A program made the position numbers and the translations under genes. Source: Lama glama (Eukaryota). From it: a stretch of DNA of 64,000 nucleotides. The first letter of the stretch is position 1. Every line of letters begins with the position of its first letter. Below, piece by piece: positions 51,190-63,192 of this stretch. Below the pieces are notes generated by a model that saw nothing but the letters and a program-made list of their open reading frames with translations, was not told where the DNA came from and ran no database searches. The stretch spans positions 66,714,001 to 66,778,000 of the forward strand of contig CM052816.1 in assembly GCA_028534125.1 (NCBI GenBank), in the 5' to 3' direction.

Positions 51190-51582
51190 TTTAAAATTAA
51201 AGGTTACAGATGAGTTAATTTTGCTAATCCACTGACTTTAAAATAGGGAAATCATGGACTATCTGGGTGTGCCCAACGTGATAACAAGAGTCCTTAAATA
51301 TGGAAGAGGGAGGCAGAAGAGGTCAGAGTAAGACTCAAACTCACCATGGCTGATTTTAAAGATGGAGGGAGAGAGCCATGAGCCAAGAAATATGAATGGA
51401 TTCCAGAAGCTAGAGAAGGCAAGAAAACTCTCCTAGAGTCTCCAGAAAGAAGGCTGAAACCATAATGATTTTAGCCTAGTGAGACCCAGTAGGACAACTA
51501 GATCCCACACTGTAAAATAATTTTGTGTTGTCTTAAGCCACCAAGTTTTGATAATTTGTTACAGCAATGGTAAATTAATATA
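51190..51582 (+). mobile_element. MaLR LTR (MLT1D/E-like)
   Basis: 'gagtccttaaatatggaagagggaggcagaaga...gattttagcctagtgagacc...ttaagccaccaagttttgataatttgttacagca'. Confidence 0.88.
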
Positions 51583-51727
51583 TCAGGAAAAGCTTGCTGA
51601 TGCAGATAGTCCCAATCTTTATTACATATTTAAATTTTAGCTACCATATTTACATTTCTAAGAGCTCTTTCTAATACCAAGAGGGTTTTTGTTTCAGACC
51701 ATTCTATTCTTGCTTTATTTGTATAAT

Positions 51728-52715
51728 AAAAGCCAGAGAAAGGAATACTATCTTTAAATGTCATAAAGAAAATACCTCAATTTATAATTCTATATGCAGC
51801 TAAAATACCTTTCAGTATTCAAGGTGAAGCAAACACATTTTTGGCAAGTACTGGTAGTATTTACCATTCACAGACCCTCTACAATTCGATGAGAATTACT
51901 AATAGATAGACTTTTAATTTTTTTTATTGAAGTATACTCAGTTTACAATGTTGTGTTAATTTCAGGTATACAGTATAGTGATTCAGTTATATATTCCTTT
52001 TCATTTTCTTTTTCATTATAGGCCATTACAAGGTATTGAATATAGTTCCCTGTGCTATACAGTAGAACCTTGTTGTTTATTTATGGTAGTTAGTTTCTGC
52101 AAATCCTGAACTCCCAATTTATCCCTCCACCCTGTAACCATAAGCTTGTTATCTATATCTATGAGTCTATTTCTGTTTTGTAAATAAGTTCATTTGTCTC
52201 ACTTTTTAGGATTCCACATAAGTGATTATCATACGGTATTTTTCTTTCTCTTTCTGGCTTACTTCACTTAGTACAACAATAGATAAACTTTTGAAAGAAG
52301 GAAACCGAACAAGTAAATAATGAAGTGCAAGTAATATGGTAATTTCTTTTTAAAAATGGTCAACATGTGGACACATCTAAATAATCATTAATTGTATAAA
52401 ACCTAACTTGTGAAGTATAACTAGAAAGTGATATGGAAATAGTGGACAATAATGTCATAATTCAAAAGACAAGTGGTTAGATTTAAAGCTTTCTAAAAAC
52501 TTTTACATTGTTTGGGAGGAGGGTAGAAATGTTGATTAATTTAGACCTTAAGTGCAAATATTAAGATGTGCCATTAAGACTTAGAGGAATAGAAATGAAT
52601 GTGTACCTCCCAAAGCAACAGAGGAAAGGAATACAGAAAACATGGACCAATCCATTATAAGCAGGACTCAAGACAAGAAAATGTAGGGGTAGATAGAAAG
52701 AGATGGCGGAGGTGA
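51728..52715 (+). mobile_element. Ancient L1M/HAL1 fragment (ORF1 C-terminus and downstream spacer) interrupted by a younger L1
   Basis: Translates KAR..NTIFK and, after a frameshift, ILYAAKIPFSIQGEANTF, resembling the L1 ORF1 motif RILYPAKLSF..EGEIKTF. Confidence 0.65.
51916..52277 (-). mobile_element. Camelid-type L1 3' end
   Basis: 'ttttattgaagtatactcagtttacaatgttgtgttaatttcaggtatacag'. 15-bp TSD AATAGATA(G/A)ACTTTT at 51901-51915 and 52278-52292. Confidence 0.93.
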
Positions 52716-52769
52716 ACCATGTGTGAGAGAGAAAGGGAAGGAGGGGAGAAAAAGTATAGAATTTTTTTT

Positions 52770-53250
52770 TTTTGGTATAGAATGTCCCTCAGCCAGGGTT
52801 TGTCTGATGTTTTCTTATGACTGATTCAGGTTATGCATTTTTAAAAAAATACTTTAAGTGATACTATGTCCTGCTTGTATTAGGCAGTGCCTAAGATTAA
52901 ATTTTTCCCATTACTGGTGATGATGGCTAAGTGGTGTGCTCCAAGTTTTCACTCTAAAATTACTAATTTGTAATAAATACTTACATGACTATATTTTGAT
53001 ACCATATAAATATACTATTGATTATTAAGCTTTTACCTACTACTCATTCATTGCCTGAATCAATTAGTTATGAATATGTTAGCTGCAAAGTAGTGATTTA
53101 ATTGCATGATTCTTTCCACATTATCAGTTGGCAATCTACATAATGTAGAGCTTTCCTTTTACTTCCATTTATTTGCTTATTTATTTTTACTTTTGACTTA
53201 TCTAGTTTTATTTGATGAGTTATACAATATTACTATCACTATTTGTTGGT
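52770..53250 (-). mobile_element. L1MC4/5-like 3' fragment
   Basis: 'agaatgtccctcagccagggtttgtctgatgttttcttatga...ttcaggttatgcattttt'. Confidence 0.75.
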
Positions 53251-53714
53251 TAGTGGGACAGAAAACCTACTGCAAATCTCTTTGGCCACCATCTGGTTTT
53301 GGCTCTGTGTCTGCCACTCAGATTAAGGAGGAGTGCCAACTTATTTTGGTGTTATAAGGTACCACTTCATTTGAAAGTTGTGTTTTTTTTCTCATTTGAA
53401 AGACTGAAGTGGCACCAAGCATCTTCTCCCATTCTTTTTTCCCCAAATAAGGTAACTTACAAAATCTGGGTACTCTTCTTCAGAACAGATGTGATTTGCA
53501 AAGATGTGACATTTATGACTTTTCTTGGGGCATTCTTTGGTTAGATAAGCCTTTTTTGTCATTTCTTTCTTGGCTTTTTTAGTCATTAAGCTTGAGTTGA
53601 ATTTCAAAGCATCACTTGCACAAGCAAAATGTGTGCCATTGCAAGCGCCGGTCCCTGGTTTATGGCGCCTCCTCCCCATCCCCACCACTTGCCTTCAGCT
53701 CTCACTTACCAGAG

Positions 53715-54184
53715 CATAGGTTCTAATCTAATATCCCTGAACCCCCTGGGTGAAATCAGAGTTTAGTAAAGATAAACTTTTTTCCTTGCCTATGAAAAGA
53801 TTAGAATTATCTTCAAATATGAATATAGCCATGAAGTCACATAGATACTAAGTACCTGCAACTTTGTCACCAATAGAAATCACATTTTTTCATACAACAT
53901 TACGGTAGTGACAGATCTTTCAACAGTTTTTTGAACTCACCCCAGCTTCAAATGTGTGGTAGTTATTAGACCTGCCACTAGATCTTGTTACTTGATATGT
54001 AAAGAAATTCACATATTACTGTATCATTTTAAAATTCTTGATAACTAAATTTTTATACAATTGGCTTCCTTTGTAATCCTATGTATATTATTTTATGCAT
54101 TTAAAGACATCCTTCTGAGAAGAGGTCCTTAGGCTTTCTCAGACTACAGCACAATTCATGTCATAAAAAAGTTAAAGAACACTT
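53715..54184 (+). mobile_element. hAT-Charlie DNA transposon (Charlie4a-like)
   Basis: 'agtacctgcaactttgtcaccaatagaaatcaca', 'gtagttattagacctgccactagatcttgtta' and 'ttcctttgtaatcctatgtatattattttatgcatttaaa', with degenerate terminal repeats. Confidence 0.75.
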
Positions 54185-54569
54185 ATATTAGTCTCTCATT
54201 AGCCTCTTTCATCTAAGCTGCTACCAAAAACAGACAAAAAAGCCACCAGGGATTTTCTTTTTGTCTTATAACCTAGTAAAGTATTATTAAAGCTTAAGTG
54301 GCTTAAATCCACATTCACATGGACTACTAAAAGAAATAAAGGATTTCTCTGGTCAGACTGAGATGTCTGCCATGAGTTGTTCACATTATATATTTTAAAT
54401 CAAGATACACTCGTTATTTGAGCCCTAAGCATAACTGATCTAATGCTTCTTTTTTTGGCAAATGGAGAGAATCATCACCAGATTGTGTCAGAAAATTCAC
54501 AGCCCACAGTCTGAAACCTATTTTCTCATCCAAGATTATATTATCACACAGAAAGCTTTAAGAAGGGAA

Positions 54570-54800
54570 TGATTATAAATGATTTAAAATATGGGCTTTG
54601 GATTAGGCGGATGAGGACGTGAGTCCTGGACTCTACTTACTAGTTCTGTGTAGTTGGGAAGTTTTGTTGTTTGTTTTTTTTAACTCTATCAATTCAGTTT
54701 TCTCATAGTTAAAATAAAAATTGCATTGCAATTTTGTTGGGCGAATTAAAAATCATGTATGTAAAATATGCAGCACATTACTTGGCTCAAGTAATTTCGT
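54570..54800 (+). mobile_element. MIR SINE
   Basis: 'gggctttggattaggc...ctctacttactagttctgtg...tcagttttctcatag'. Confidence 0.7.
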
Positions 54801-56829
54801 GTATTCATGCAAAATTACCATGGAAACTAAATAGACATGCAACAAATTAGTCACACATATCTGGGAGTGAGTGACTTAACACTAGAGAGAATGATGACTA
54901 AATAACATTGAGACAGTATCCTCCCAATGTTGTTTATTTCCTTCTATTCCTTCAGTGGAGGTCAAATCCTAGTGATGGACTGATATATGAACATTTTACT
55001 TCTGTTTCTGGTTGGCTTTATCGCACTGAGTGATGAAGGTTATCTACCTCGTCAATAGAAATTACGTTGTGTGTTTCTACTTTGCCACCTCACCAACCCA
55101 TCACCTTGATAGAGTGCTGAAAGTTTCCTCTGAAATGATTTACTTGGTTTGACAGATTAACAGATACCGGAAACACACTCATTTCCATTTCTAGTTCAGA
55201 GGAAATTGTGTCTCTGCTTTGATCCTTTTTGGATTTCATAGATTTAGACAGCTGCTAGGCCAGTCTTTTTATGGTGCAGATGAAGAGGCTACGACTATGT
55301 CAAGAGTAGCTTAATTAGCTTTACATTTGTTGTCAGAAACAATATATTCAATTCAGTAAGACAGGAAACCTGGTGGTCTGCCTCAAAAACAAAATGAAAA
55401 AGCCTTCTTTTGATCCACCTTTCATGAAGTAGGTATTAAGGGATAATTTCAAGAGGAGTCCCCAAGTAAACAATGCCCATTAGTTTAGCAGAAATAGTAC
55501 CATCTGCCAGTGATGGACCTTAATAATCTTAAAATTGGAAGGATCCTGACAGAAGGTAGAACAACTGCTCCCATTTTCAGAAATGAAGATCAGAATTTTT
55601 TTGATGAATAAAGAGGAAACTGCATGTTCCCCCTACTTTGTACTTTTCCCCAAAGTTATTTTCCAATTGGTGTCAATTGCGGATACTGCGCTAAAGTTCT
55701 GCTTAAGGATGATTACCAGATGCTATCATTTTCTGATGAGCTCTCAGTAATAGGAGAACCAGACACTCAGATTCTGGTCCTTTATCATTTGGGGCTGTGG
55801 ATAGAAGGGAAATGTAGTGTTTACTATTTAAATTATTTATCCTTGAAACAGTACCTTGTATTTCTTACAGAAAAATGACAATAAACTCTGTAATAAAGAC
55901 TGACATAGATAAATAAGAAGTTGTAGCATTATTTCAAGATGCTTAAGACATAAGACAGGCAAATAGACCCCCTCAAGGTCCTTTTACTTTTGAGCATTTA
56001 TGATTTGGTAAAATACATGCCAAAGAAAACATGTTGGAGCTTAATATATACAGCAGAGGTTTATCAGCATCTTACTTAGGCTTCCTCCTGTCACTTGATA
56101 CATTATGTAAAAGCCAGAAAATAGTACCCCGTAGTTGTAGAAACAAGAATAAACAGCTTGCTTGGGATATCACTTCATAGTCCTTATGGGGATATTGTGT
56201 CACCAAGGCACCATCTCTTGATCCTTTTTTTCCCTGAATTTGAAAGTCACACACGCATGCCATCTGAAGCAACGTGCAGCTTCTCACTACTGGAGCCTTT
56301 CCTTGGCAGGGGAGAGATAGCCTCTGATAATGGCTTTCCAGAAGCTGTTCAGCAGCCTGAACGAGCAGAAGGAAATCAAGCTGAAGAATTGAGTGAGACC
56401 AACAACTGCAAGTGGAGAAATTGAAAGGAATCCAGCTTAGTGATAAGCAGCTAAGTCTGGGCAGCCATCAGAGTCCACAGGCTGCATCTGATTAATTCTT
56501 AGTGGGAGTGACTGGTGATTTTGAAGAACACTGAAGAGTGATCTACTGCAACTGACCCCAGTAAATCCTCTCATTTGTTTAATTCCCAGTGTCTCTCAGG
56601 GCTGAGTTCTGACTCTGTTGGAAACTGAGAAAATGCCTAATTCAAAGACCAACAGACAACAGACAAGAAGATGCAGTGCAGTTAGAGGTACCGTTCTGGT
56701 GAGTGGTGGCAATAGAAGGCAAACATAGAATGTCATGCTTTATGCAGAAATTAGTTCCCAGCAGCTCCATTTTTGATGTTTTCTATGCATCTTCTGCACC
56801 AGTAACGATTCCATGCTAACTGAGGGATT

Positions 56830-57060
56830 CTGGGTCTTACTCCATGCTGAGAGGCCCTGGCTCTAGAGGCAGATGGGGCTTCCGTCCCAGTCCTCCCATT
56901 GAGTAAACTCTAATAAATTCTCAGAGCCTCAGTTTCCTCATCTGTAAAAGGAGGATGATAAGTTTTTCTTTCTTTAGCTAATCCCCTTGAAGGTGCTTAT
57001 TAGCACAGTATTGTGTCACTTATAAACATTCAATATATGTTTACTATAAGTTCTGCTTTG
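56830..57060 (+). mobile_element. MIR SINE
   Basis: Near-consensus core 'ctcagagcctcagtttcctcatctgtaaaaggaggatgataa'. Confidence 0.8.
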
Positions 57061-57679
57061 GTAGTGATTATGCCATGAAATGAACAGTAAGAATCAATAA
57101 CATTTTAGCATCTATTATGTTTCAGACAGTAAGCTAAGAATTCTACATGTTTTGTTTTTATCCCCCTTCAGAACTCAAGGTGGAAAGATGTGTTGAGTTC
57201 TGGGAAAGTGAATCTCTTGCAATTGGATAGATGCAGTTAGTAACTCATGCAATGGGGAAAACTTGCCCATTTTAGAATTACTTTAGGATTCTATCAAAGA
57301 AAAGCTGTTAGAGATGCGATTCTTCCTACCAGGGACCAAGAATGGACTAGGACTACTCAAAAAGGCCTAATTTTATCTCAGAGTTTCAAAAGACCGCAGC
57401 AATTTTAAAATGTAAAATATCAGATTAAGGCATTTTAAATCTGAGAAAAGCCAACTCTAAAAATTGTAGATTTGTCAACATATCTTGGATTTCAGAAGAA
57501 CTGCTACACCAGATGATGAAACTATCATTTTAATGGCAATGTCTTTACTGGATTTCTTTCATTTTATAGATGCATAATGGTTGGTTTAAAAAAAATCACA
57601 CCAATCAGATGAATATTGTTAGAATTATGTTGTTAATAATTAATTAGCTTACTGTAAAACAAGAAGAAAAACAAAAACA

Positions 57680-58475
57680 AAGTTCAAACTTTACTGAATG
57701 AAAAGCCACAGTCTCTTGTCTTGCCTGCTCCTAGCCCAGAACTTCTGTCATGTTCTTTCCCTTTTAAATGTTTGGGTTCTTAATTTTTCTCGAACTTACC
57801 AACCATAACTTTAAATAATAGGCTCTGGCTTTGTTTTTTGGTTTATCAACCTTAGATACCATCCATTATCTCCTGCTTTAAGGACGATATAATTCTGCCT
57901 GTTTCATGTGGGTGTCTGAGAGCTGTGTTCTTCCACTGGCGGACGCCAGCTGCTTATAGCACTTGACTCCGGTGACAGGTAGCACAGCACGTCTTGCTGG
58001 GATCTTCTGCAGGCCCTTTCCCTGGATGTGGTGGCTGCATTTCTTCCTGGCATCACCGGCTACCTAGAGCACCACTCTCCTCTGTGTTCTCCACTCATTT
58101 CATTGTTTTAGTGTAGGGGAAACTCTACTGCTCCTACAAGGACTAACACAAATGATCTTTTTCATCTCCTCTGGGACCCCTCCTGCTCTTTTTATTGATT
58201 GGATCTTCAATTTTGAGCACTCCCAAAGCAACTTGCCCAACAACCGTGGCAGTGTTTTGGGCTACAATGTCCTCTAGTCTTGTGTGTGTCATTCCAATCG
58301 TGTTCGATTTCTTCATTTCAGAAACCTGACTTCCAGTTTGCCAGGAAGATCTTTTTTTTTTTTTTAAACAGGTCAGTTAATGAGTTTTCCTTTTAAAAAT
58401 AGGTTTTTCTCATTCCAAGGTACTTGAGGGAAGGGAATAGATGTATGTACACCCAGACAGCCATTTTAATCCAAT
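57680..58475 (-). mobile_element. Ancient L1M/HAL1-like fragments
   Basis: 'aaccataactttaaataata...atcaaccttagatac', and a 5'-end-like 'cagccattttaatcc' near 58470. Highly diverged. Confidence 0.4.
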
Positions 58476-59349
58476 CTGATTTTAATTTTTTCCCCTGTAA
58501 AACATGACAGCAGGAGAGTCTCTAGGAGCCTACTAAACAGCTGGGATAAGGGGTCAGGAGAGCCCTGATGAGTATAACCAGGACTCAGGTAGACACCTCT
58601 ACTTCCATTCAGTTACAGCCTCCAGGCTTGTAGAACCTGAGGAAGCACGGACTATACCCCACTTGTCTGGCAGTAAACTAGATTTTCTTCTGGATTGATG
58701 TGACTGTCCCTTAGCAAATGAAGCTACTTACGTGTGAGCTGCTTTTACACTTTCAGGCTATTAGTGGGAGTTAATGGCATGAGGAAGGCTGTTGCCCTGT
58801 TTATTTCCTACACCATTTACCTGTTTTCTCTCACCAACTTCTGCTGTTGGTGTAGGTACTATGTGTGTCTAAAGAGCAATACAAAATGCTCTTACATACC
58901 TTTTGGCTACTAAAGTTTCTAACAATCACATTGTCTTTTAACCACAAGTTTCATGTTAAAATTTTCTCAAAACATCTGATGAGACTTGTCTTCTTTGGAC
59001 ATGTTCTTAACCCACTTATATGAGCTTCGAGTCTTTAGTGATAAAAATATAGATGCAAGCCATTTTAATCTATATTTGGGGGACACTGAGGAGACACCTA
59101 CTCCCAAGGACTTGGTAATCAGGGTTTGGGACATTAAACTAGTAAAGCCCACCCAATCGGTGGGATCAACCATTTATAAGAACCAACTAAGAATTTGTCT
59201 GTAATCACATATCTTTACATCTTAGACTTCAGTCAGAATTATTAGGAAATTTCTCAGGGATGCAGGACTACAGTAGGAATGTAGTTTAATAAGCAACAAC
59301 CTAAACAATTATATTAAATTCTATTGGGGGAAAGACAGTGAACAACTAT

Positions 59350-59550
59350 CTAGTTTACTAAATGTTTAGCCAGCCTTAGATTTACAAGTACTATCTTATT
59401 TAATTTTCCCAACACCTGGATAGGTAGGACTTATATCCCTTTTACAGACGAAGAAACAAAGGCTCTGAAAGATTATTTAACCCAAGTTGAATTTTCTAAG
59501 TGACAGATTCAGAATTTTGAGTCCTGTCTTTCTGAATTAAAGAGCAAGAG
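59350..59550 (-). mobile_element. MIR SINE
   Basis: 'cccttttacagacgaagaaacaaaggctctgaaagatta'. Confidence 0.75.
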
Positions 59551-61523
59551 TGAGCCAATACTAAAACTATCTGTATCAGAATCCTCAACAAGACTTCTGG
59601 ATCACCCCCATTATAATTCAGTTGATCCTGGGGTAGAGAGGGAATGGGAGATTAAGGAATTTTTGCCTTTTCAAAACCTCACAGTAAAACATTCTGCTGC
59701 TCATTCAGGCTTGGGAACCATTAACCTGTAGTTTGAAAAAATAAACCATATCCACTCAGGCACTATTTAGGTGACAAGTGCCCTGTCCAGGAAGAGGTTT
59801 ACCCTTCCACTAGATGGGACCACATAGAGATGTAAGATTATAATACCCTGACAGTACTAGACACTCCGGCTCTACAATGAATTCTCCCATTCTGGTTCTA
59901 GCTCACCAAACCTTGAAAAGGTCACTTCCCAAGCAGCTTGTCTTCCAGGAAAGAGGACTGACCTGCCAATCCAAATATTGCAGCCTGTTTGTGTGGGTGT
60001 TGGGAATTCACAATAACCACACTCAGAGATTGCTGAATTAACTCAATCTGTGTGGCAACAGATCAGCCTGTAATTTTGAGGGTCAGACCCTGGACCTCAA
60101 TGCAACCAAAAAAGGCAAATGCTACCTTGAGTGTACCTAGGGCAGCCTTCTCCTGGAGGTGCACACCCCTACTCTGAGGGCTCAGGCCGGCTTTCCACGG
60201 AGCCCTGCAAATGTTGGTGTTAGAATTTGGTGTGAAGGAGTGTCCCTGTTGCCAACAAATGAAAATAAAGAGATATTTACAAATTGGTAAACCCTCAGGT
60301 AAACTGGACAGCTGTTTATGAAGCCTTCCCTCAGATACAGTGCAGTTGATTAAGTTGCTGCTTTTTAAAATGCAGTCTTAATCTTCTTATTTAGCCTGGC
60401 TCCCTGAGATAGACCCAGAACATTCTGACAAGAGTCCTGGGTGGGGAAGCACAGGCTTACAGAAAAGTTCTTAGTTGTCAGATGGTCAGTCACATAGAGT
60501 ATGTAGTGTTTTTGTTCATTTAACTCTGAAACGAAAATTTTCTGTCTTTTAAAGTTATTGGGCATGGAGTATCTCACCATTGTCTCATATATTAAAAAAA
60601 AAAAAACACTTCTATTAATTATTTGAGAATATCTGCCCTAACATTAAGAGGTGAAATCCTACCAAAGTTAAGTTTTGTGAAAACTTTTAACAATATTAAA
60701 TTGCAGTTGATAATGGGCTAGAAGGGTAATTATTAGAAACTGGAATTGTGAGTAGTATTTATTAAGGTCATGATGTGAAGTTTCTTCTTGCTTGTCCTTG
60801 ACAAAATCACTTAGGTATGTTTTACTGTTTGCAACAACAGCAACCAAAATCTCAAAACTCCGCTAAGGGTTCAAGTGTGGAAAACCAGCAGACCCTTCGG
60901 GCAAAGCAAATGTTTGATGAGCAAAGAAACCAATTACATAATACCTTCAAGAGGTGGCTTCAACTACAGGAAGTCAGAATGAACAGTAGACGCACCTGCT
61001 CAGAAGTTCCCTCAGCTGCCCGCACAGGGGAGGCGAGCTTCAGCCTGTGAGCCTTCCTTGCATCCTTCCCTTTAGCAAGGTCTTAGGAGCCAAAGACCTC
61101 AGTTGCGGAGCTGCTGGAGAGGAAGGAGCAAGGCTGGGAGGGAAGAAAGCTGTGCATTGTAGCTTTCATCTGGCGCTAGAGTGAATGACCAGTACCAAAT
61201 CACCTGAGAGTTTTCCTATTTGAATGAGGATTTGGGAGAGGACTGAAGTTTTTTTTTTTTTTTTTTTTTTTACTACGCACCTACATTCTGCCTTTGTAAA
61301 AGATAACTCCATGTAGGTTATAAAATTTTCAAAATATGGTTTGACGAAGAAGCTATTGATGCACATGACTAATGGAACAATAGGATACAATCTCTAGACT
61401 CATATTGTATGGATGAACATTTCTAATAATACATGGACATTCCACATATTGTTAAAGATTTTAACTCAGTTTTCCTGATGAATTGTATTCTTTTAGTTTC
61501 AAAGTTCAAAAATAATAATATAA

Positions 61524-62010
61524 AAGAGTTGGAAAGACTGTCCAGAGGTCCAAATCTTTATGTTATTACAAGGTACTCAATATGGTTCCCTGTGAGATAC
61601 AGTAGGACCTTGTTATTTATCCATTTTGTATATAGCAGTGTGTATCTGCTAATCCCAAACTCCTAATTTATCACTCCCTTTTCCCCTTTGGTAACCATAA
61701 CTATGTCTGAGAGTCTAATGAAAAGGAATGAAAAAGAATATGTATATATGTGACTGAATCACTATGCTGTACACCAGAAACTAACCCAACATTGTAAATA
61801 TATTATACCTCAAAAAAAAATAAGTCCAAATCTGACCTGTGGCCTCCTTTAGTAAGTAAAGATTTATTAGAACACAGTCATGCCCATTTGTTTAGTGTGG
61901 TCTATAGCTACTTTTGTGCTGTAGTGACAGCTGTGATAGACAAGGTATGACCCGCAGAGTCTGACATGTTTACTATTTGGCCCTTTACAGAAAACATTTG
62001 TCAAGTCCTT
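61524..62010 (+). mobile_element. MER58A (hAT-Charlie) split by an L1 insertion
   Basis: With the insert removed it reads 'gagttggaaagactgtccagaggtccaaatct|gacctgtggcct...gtaaagatttattagaacacagtcatgcccatttg...tttactatttggccctttacagaaaacatttgtcaagtcct', matching the recalled MER58A consensus. Confidence 0.85.
61558..61823 (+). mobile_element. Twin-primed (5'-inverted) camelid L1 3'UTR insertion
   Basis: About 61558-61715 is antisense L1 3'UTR and about 61716-61823 is the sense L1 terminus with poly(A). TSD GTCCAAATCT at 61548-61557 and 61824-61833. Confidence 0.9.
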
Positions 62011-62400
62011 ATAAGGCAATGTTTTAAGAAACAGGTGTGAAATATTCCTTCTCCACAAAATCCTACACATTCTTTCTTATCCCCTTTTCCATAAAGCTGA
62101 AAATAGTACATCAAGAAATTATTGCTAGGTTTGAAACCTAGGGGGCTCAAAAAAGATGCCACACTAATGCCAGGAACAACTTAAAACATTTTAATGACCA
62201 GCGTGGTTATTTTATTAATTTCATGGTCATTTATAAGTTAGAAGGATTAAAAACTGCTTCACGCTAACTTTATAGGACACATTGCAAACTCTTAGCTTTA
62301 CATCAGTGTTTGTCTATTATAATTTCTGAAAAAGTGTTGAGGAAATTGTAATAAAAGAACATTCAGGGGATAAAGACACTGGTTAGAAATTGTTCAACTG

Positions 62401-63006
62401 AGATACCTGTATCCCCATGTTCATAGCAGCATTATTCACAGTAGCCAAAAGTTATGGGAACAGCCTAAGTGTCTGTCAATGGGTAAGTGGATGAAGATGT
62501 GGTTTATATATATAATAGAGTATTTATTCAGTCTTCAAAAAAGAAGGAAGTCCTGTCATTTGCACCAACTTGAATGACTCTGGAGGGCATTATGCTGAGC
62601 AAAATAAGCCAGACAGAAAGACAAATACTACACGGTAACACTTAAATATGGAATTAAAGTCAACTCATAAATAGAGTGGAAAAGTGGGTGCCAGGGCTGG
62701 GGGTGGGGGAAAGAGGGAGAAATTTTTTAAAGGGTACAAGCTTTCAGTAATAAAATGAATAAGGTCTGAGGATCTAAACTAGAATATGGTGACTACAGTT
62801 GATAGCCCTGCATTGTATAACTGAAATTTGCTAAGAGAGTAGAACTTAAATGCTCTCTCTCACACAGACAAAAGAGGTAAATATGAGGTTATGGATGTGT
62901 TAACTTGATGGGGGAATCCTTTCAAGTTGTATATCAAATCATGTACACTTTAAATATCTTACAATGTTATTTGTCAGTTATATCTCATTAAAGCTGAGGG
63001 TGGGGG
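62401..63006 (+). mobile_element. L1MA9-like 3' end
   Basis: 'ccccatgttcatagcagcattattcac...gggtacaagctttcag...gaaatttgctaagagagtagaacttaaatg'. Perfect 15-bp TSD GAAATTGTTCAACTG at 62386-62400 and 63007-63021. Confidence 0.92.
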
Positions 63007-63049
63007 GAAATTGTTCAACTGGTTTTAAAGAAACAGGATCAAAATGTTA

Positions 63050-63192
63050 TTGTTTTGTGTGTTTTGGGGGGGTTAATTAGGTTTACTTATTTTTAATACT
63101 TATTTTTATTCTTTTAACAAAGGTACTGGGGATTGAACCTAGGACCTCATGTATGCTAAGCACACATACTACCAGTAAGCTATGCCCTCCCT
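63050..63192 (-). mobile_element. Camelid tRNA-derived SINE (Vic-1 type), more diverged copy
   Basis: 'ggtactggggattgaacctaggacctcatgtatgctaagcacacatactaccagtaagctatgccctccc' is the reverse complement of the SINE body. Degenerate TSD at about 63035-63049 and 63195-63210. Confidence 0.92.

Noticed and set aside
54891..54983. C/D-box snoRNA (ATGATGA...CTGA)
   Set aside because: No terminal stem and no recognisable rRNA or snRNA antisense element.
61249..61271. T23 tract as a retroposon tail
   Set aside because: No adjacent element body or TSD; a simple mononucleotide run.
2904..62070. Remaining six-frame ORFs (60-138 aa)
   Set aside because: Lengths are those expected by chance, many use non-ATG starts or lie inside repeats, and none shows a recognisable domain or consistent exon structure.
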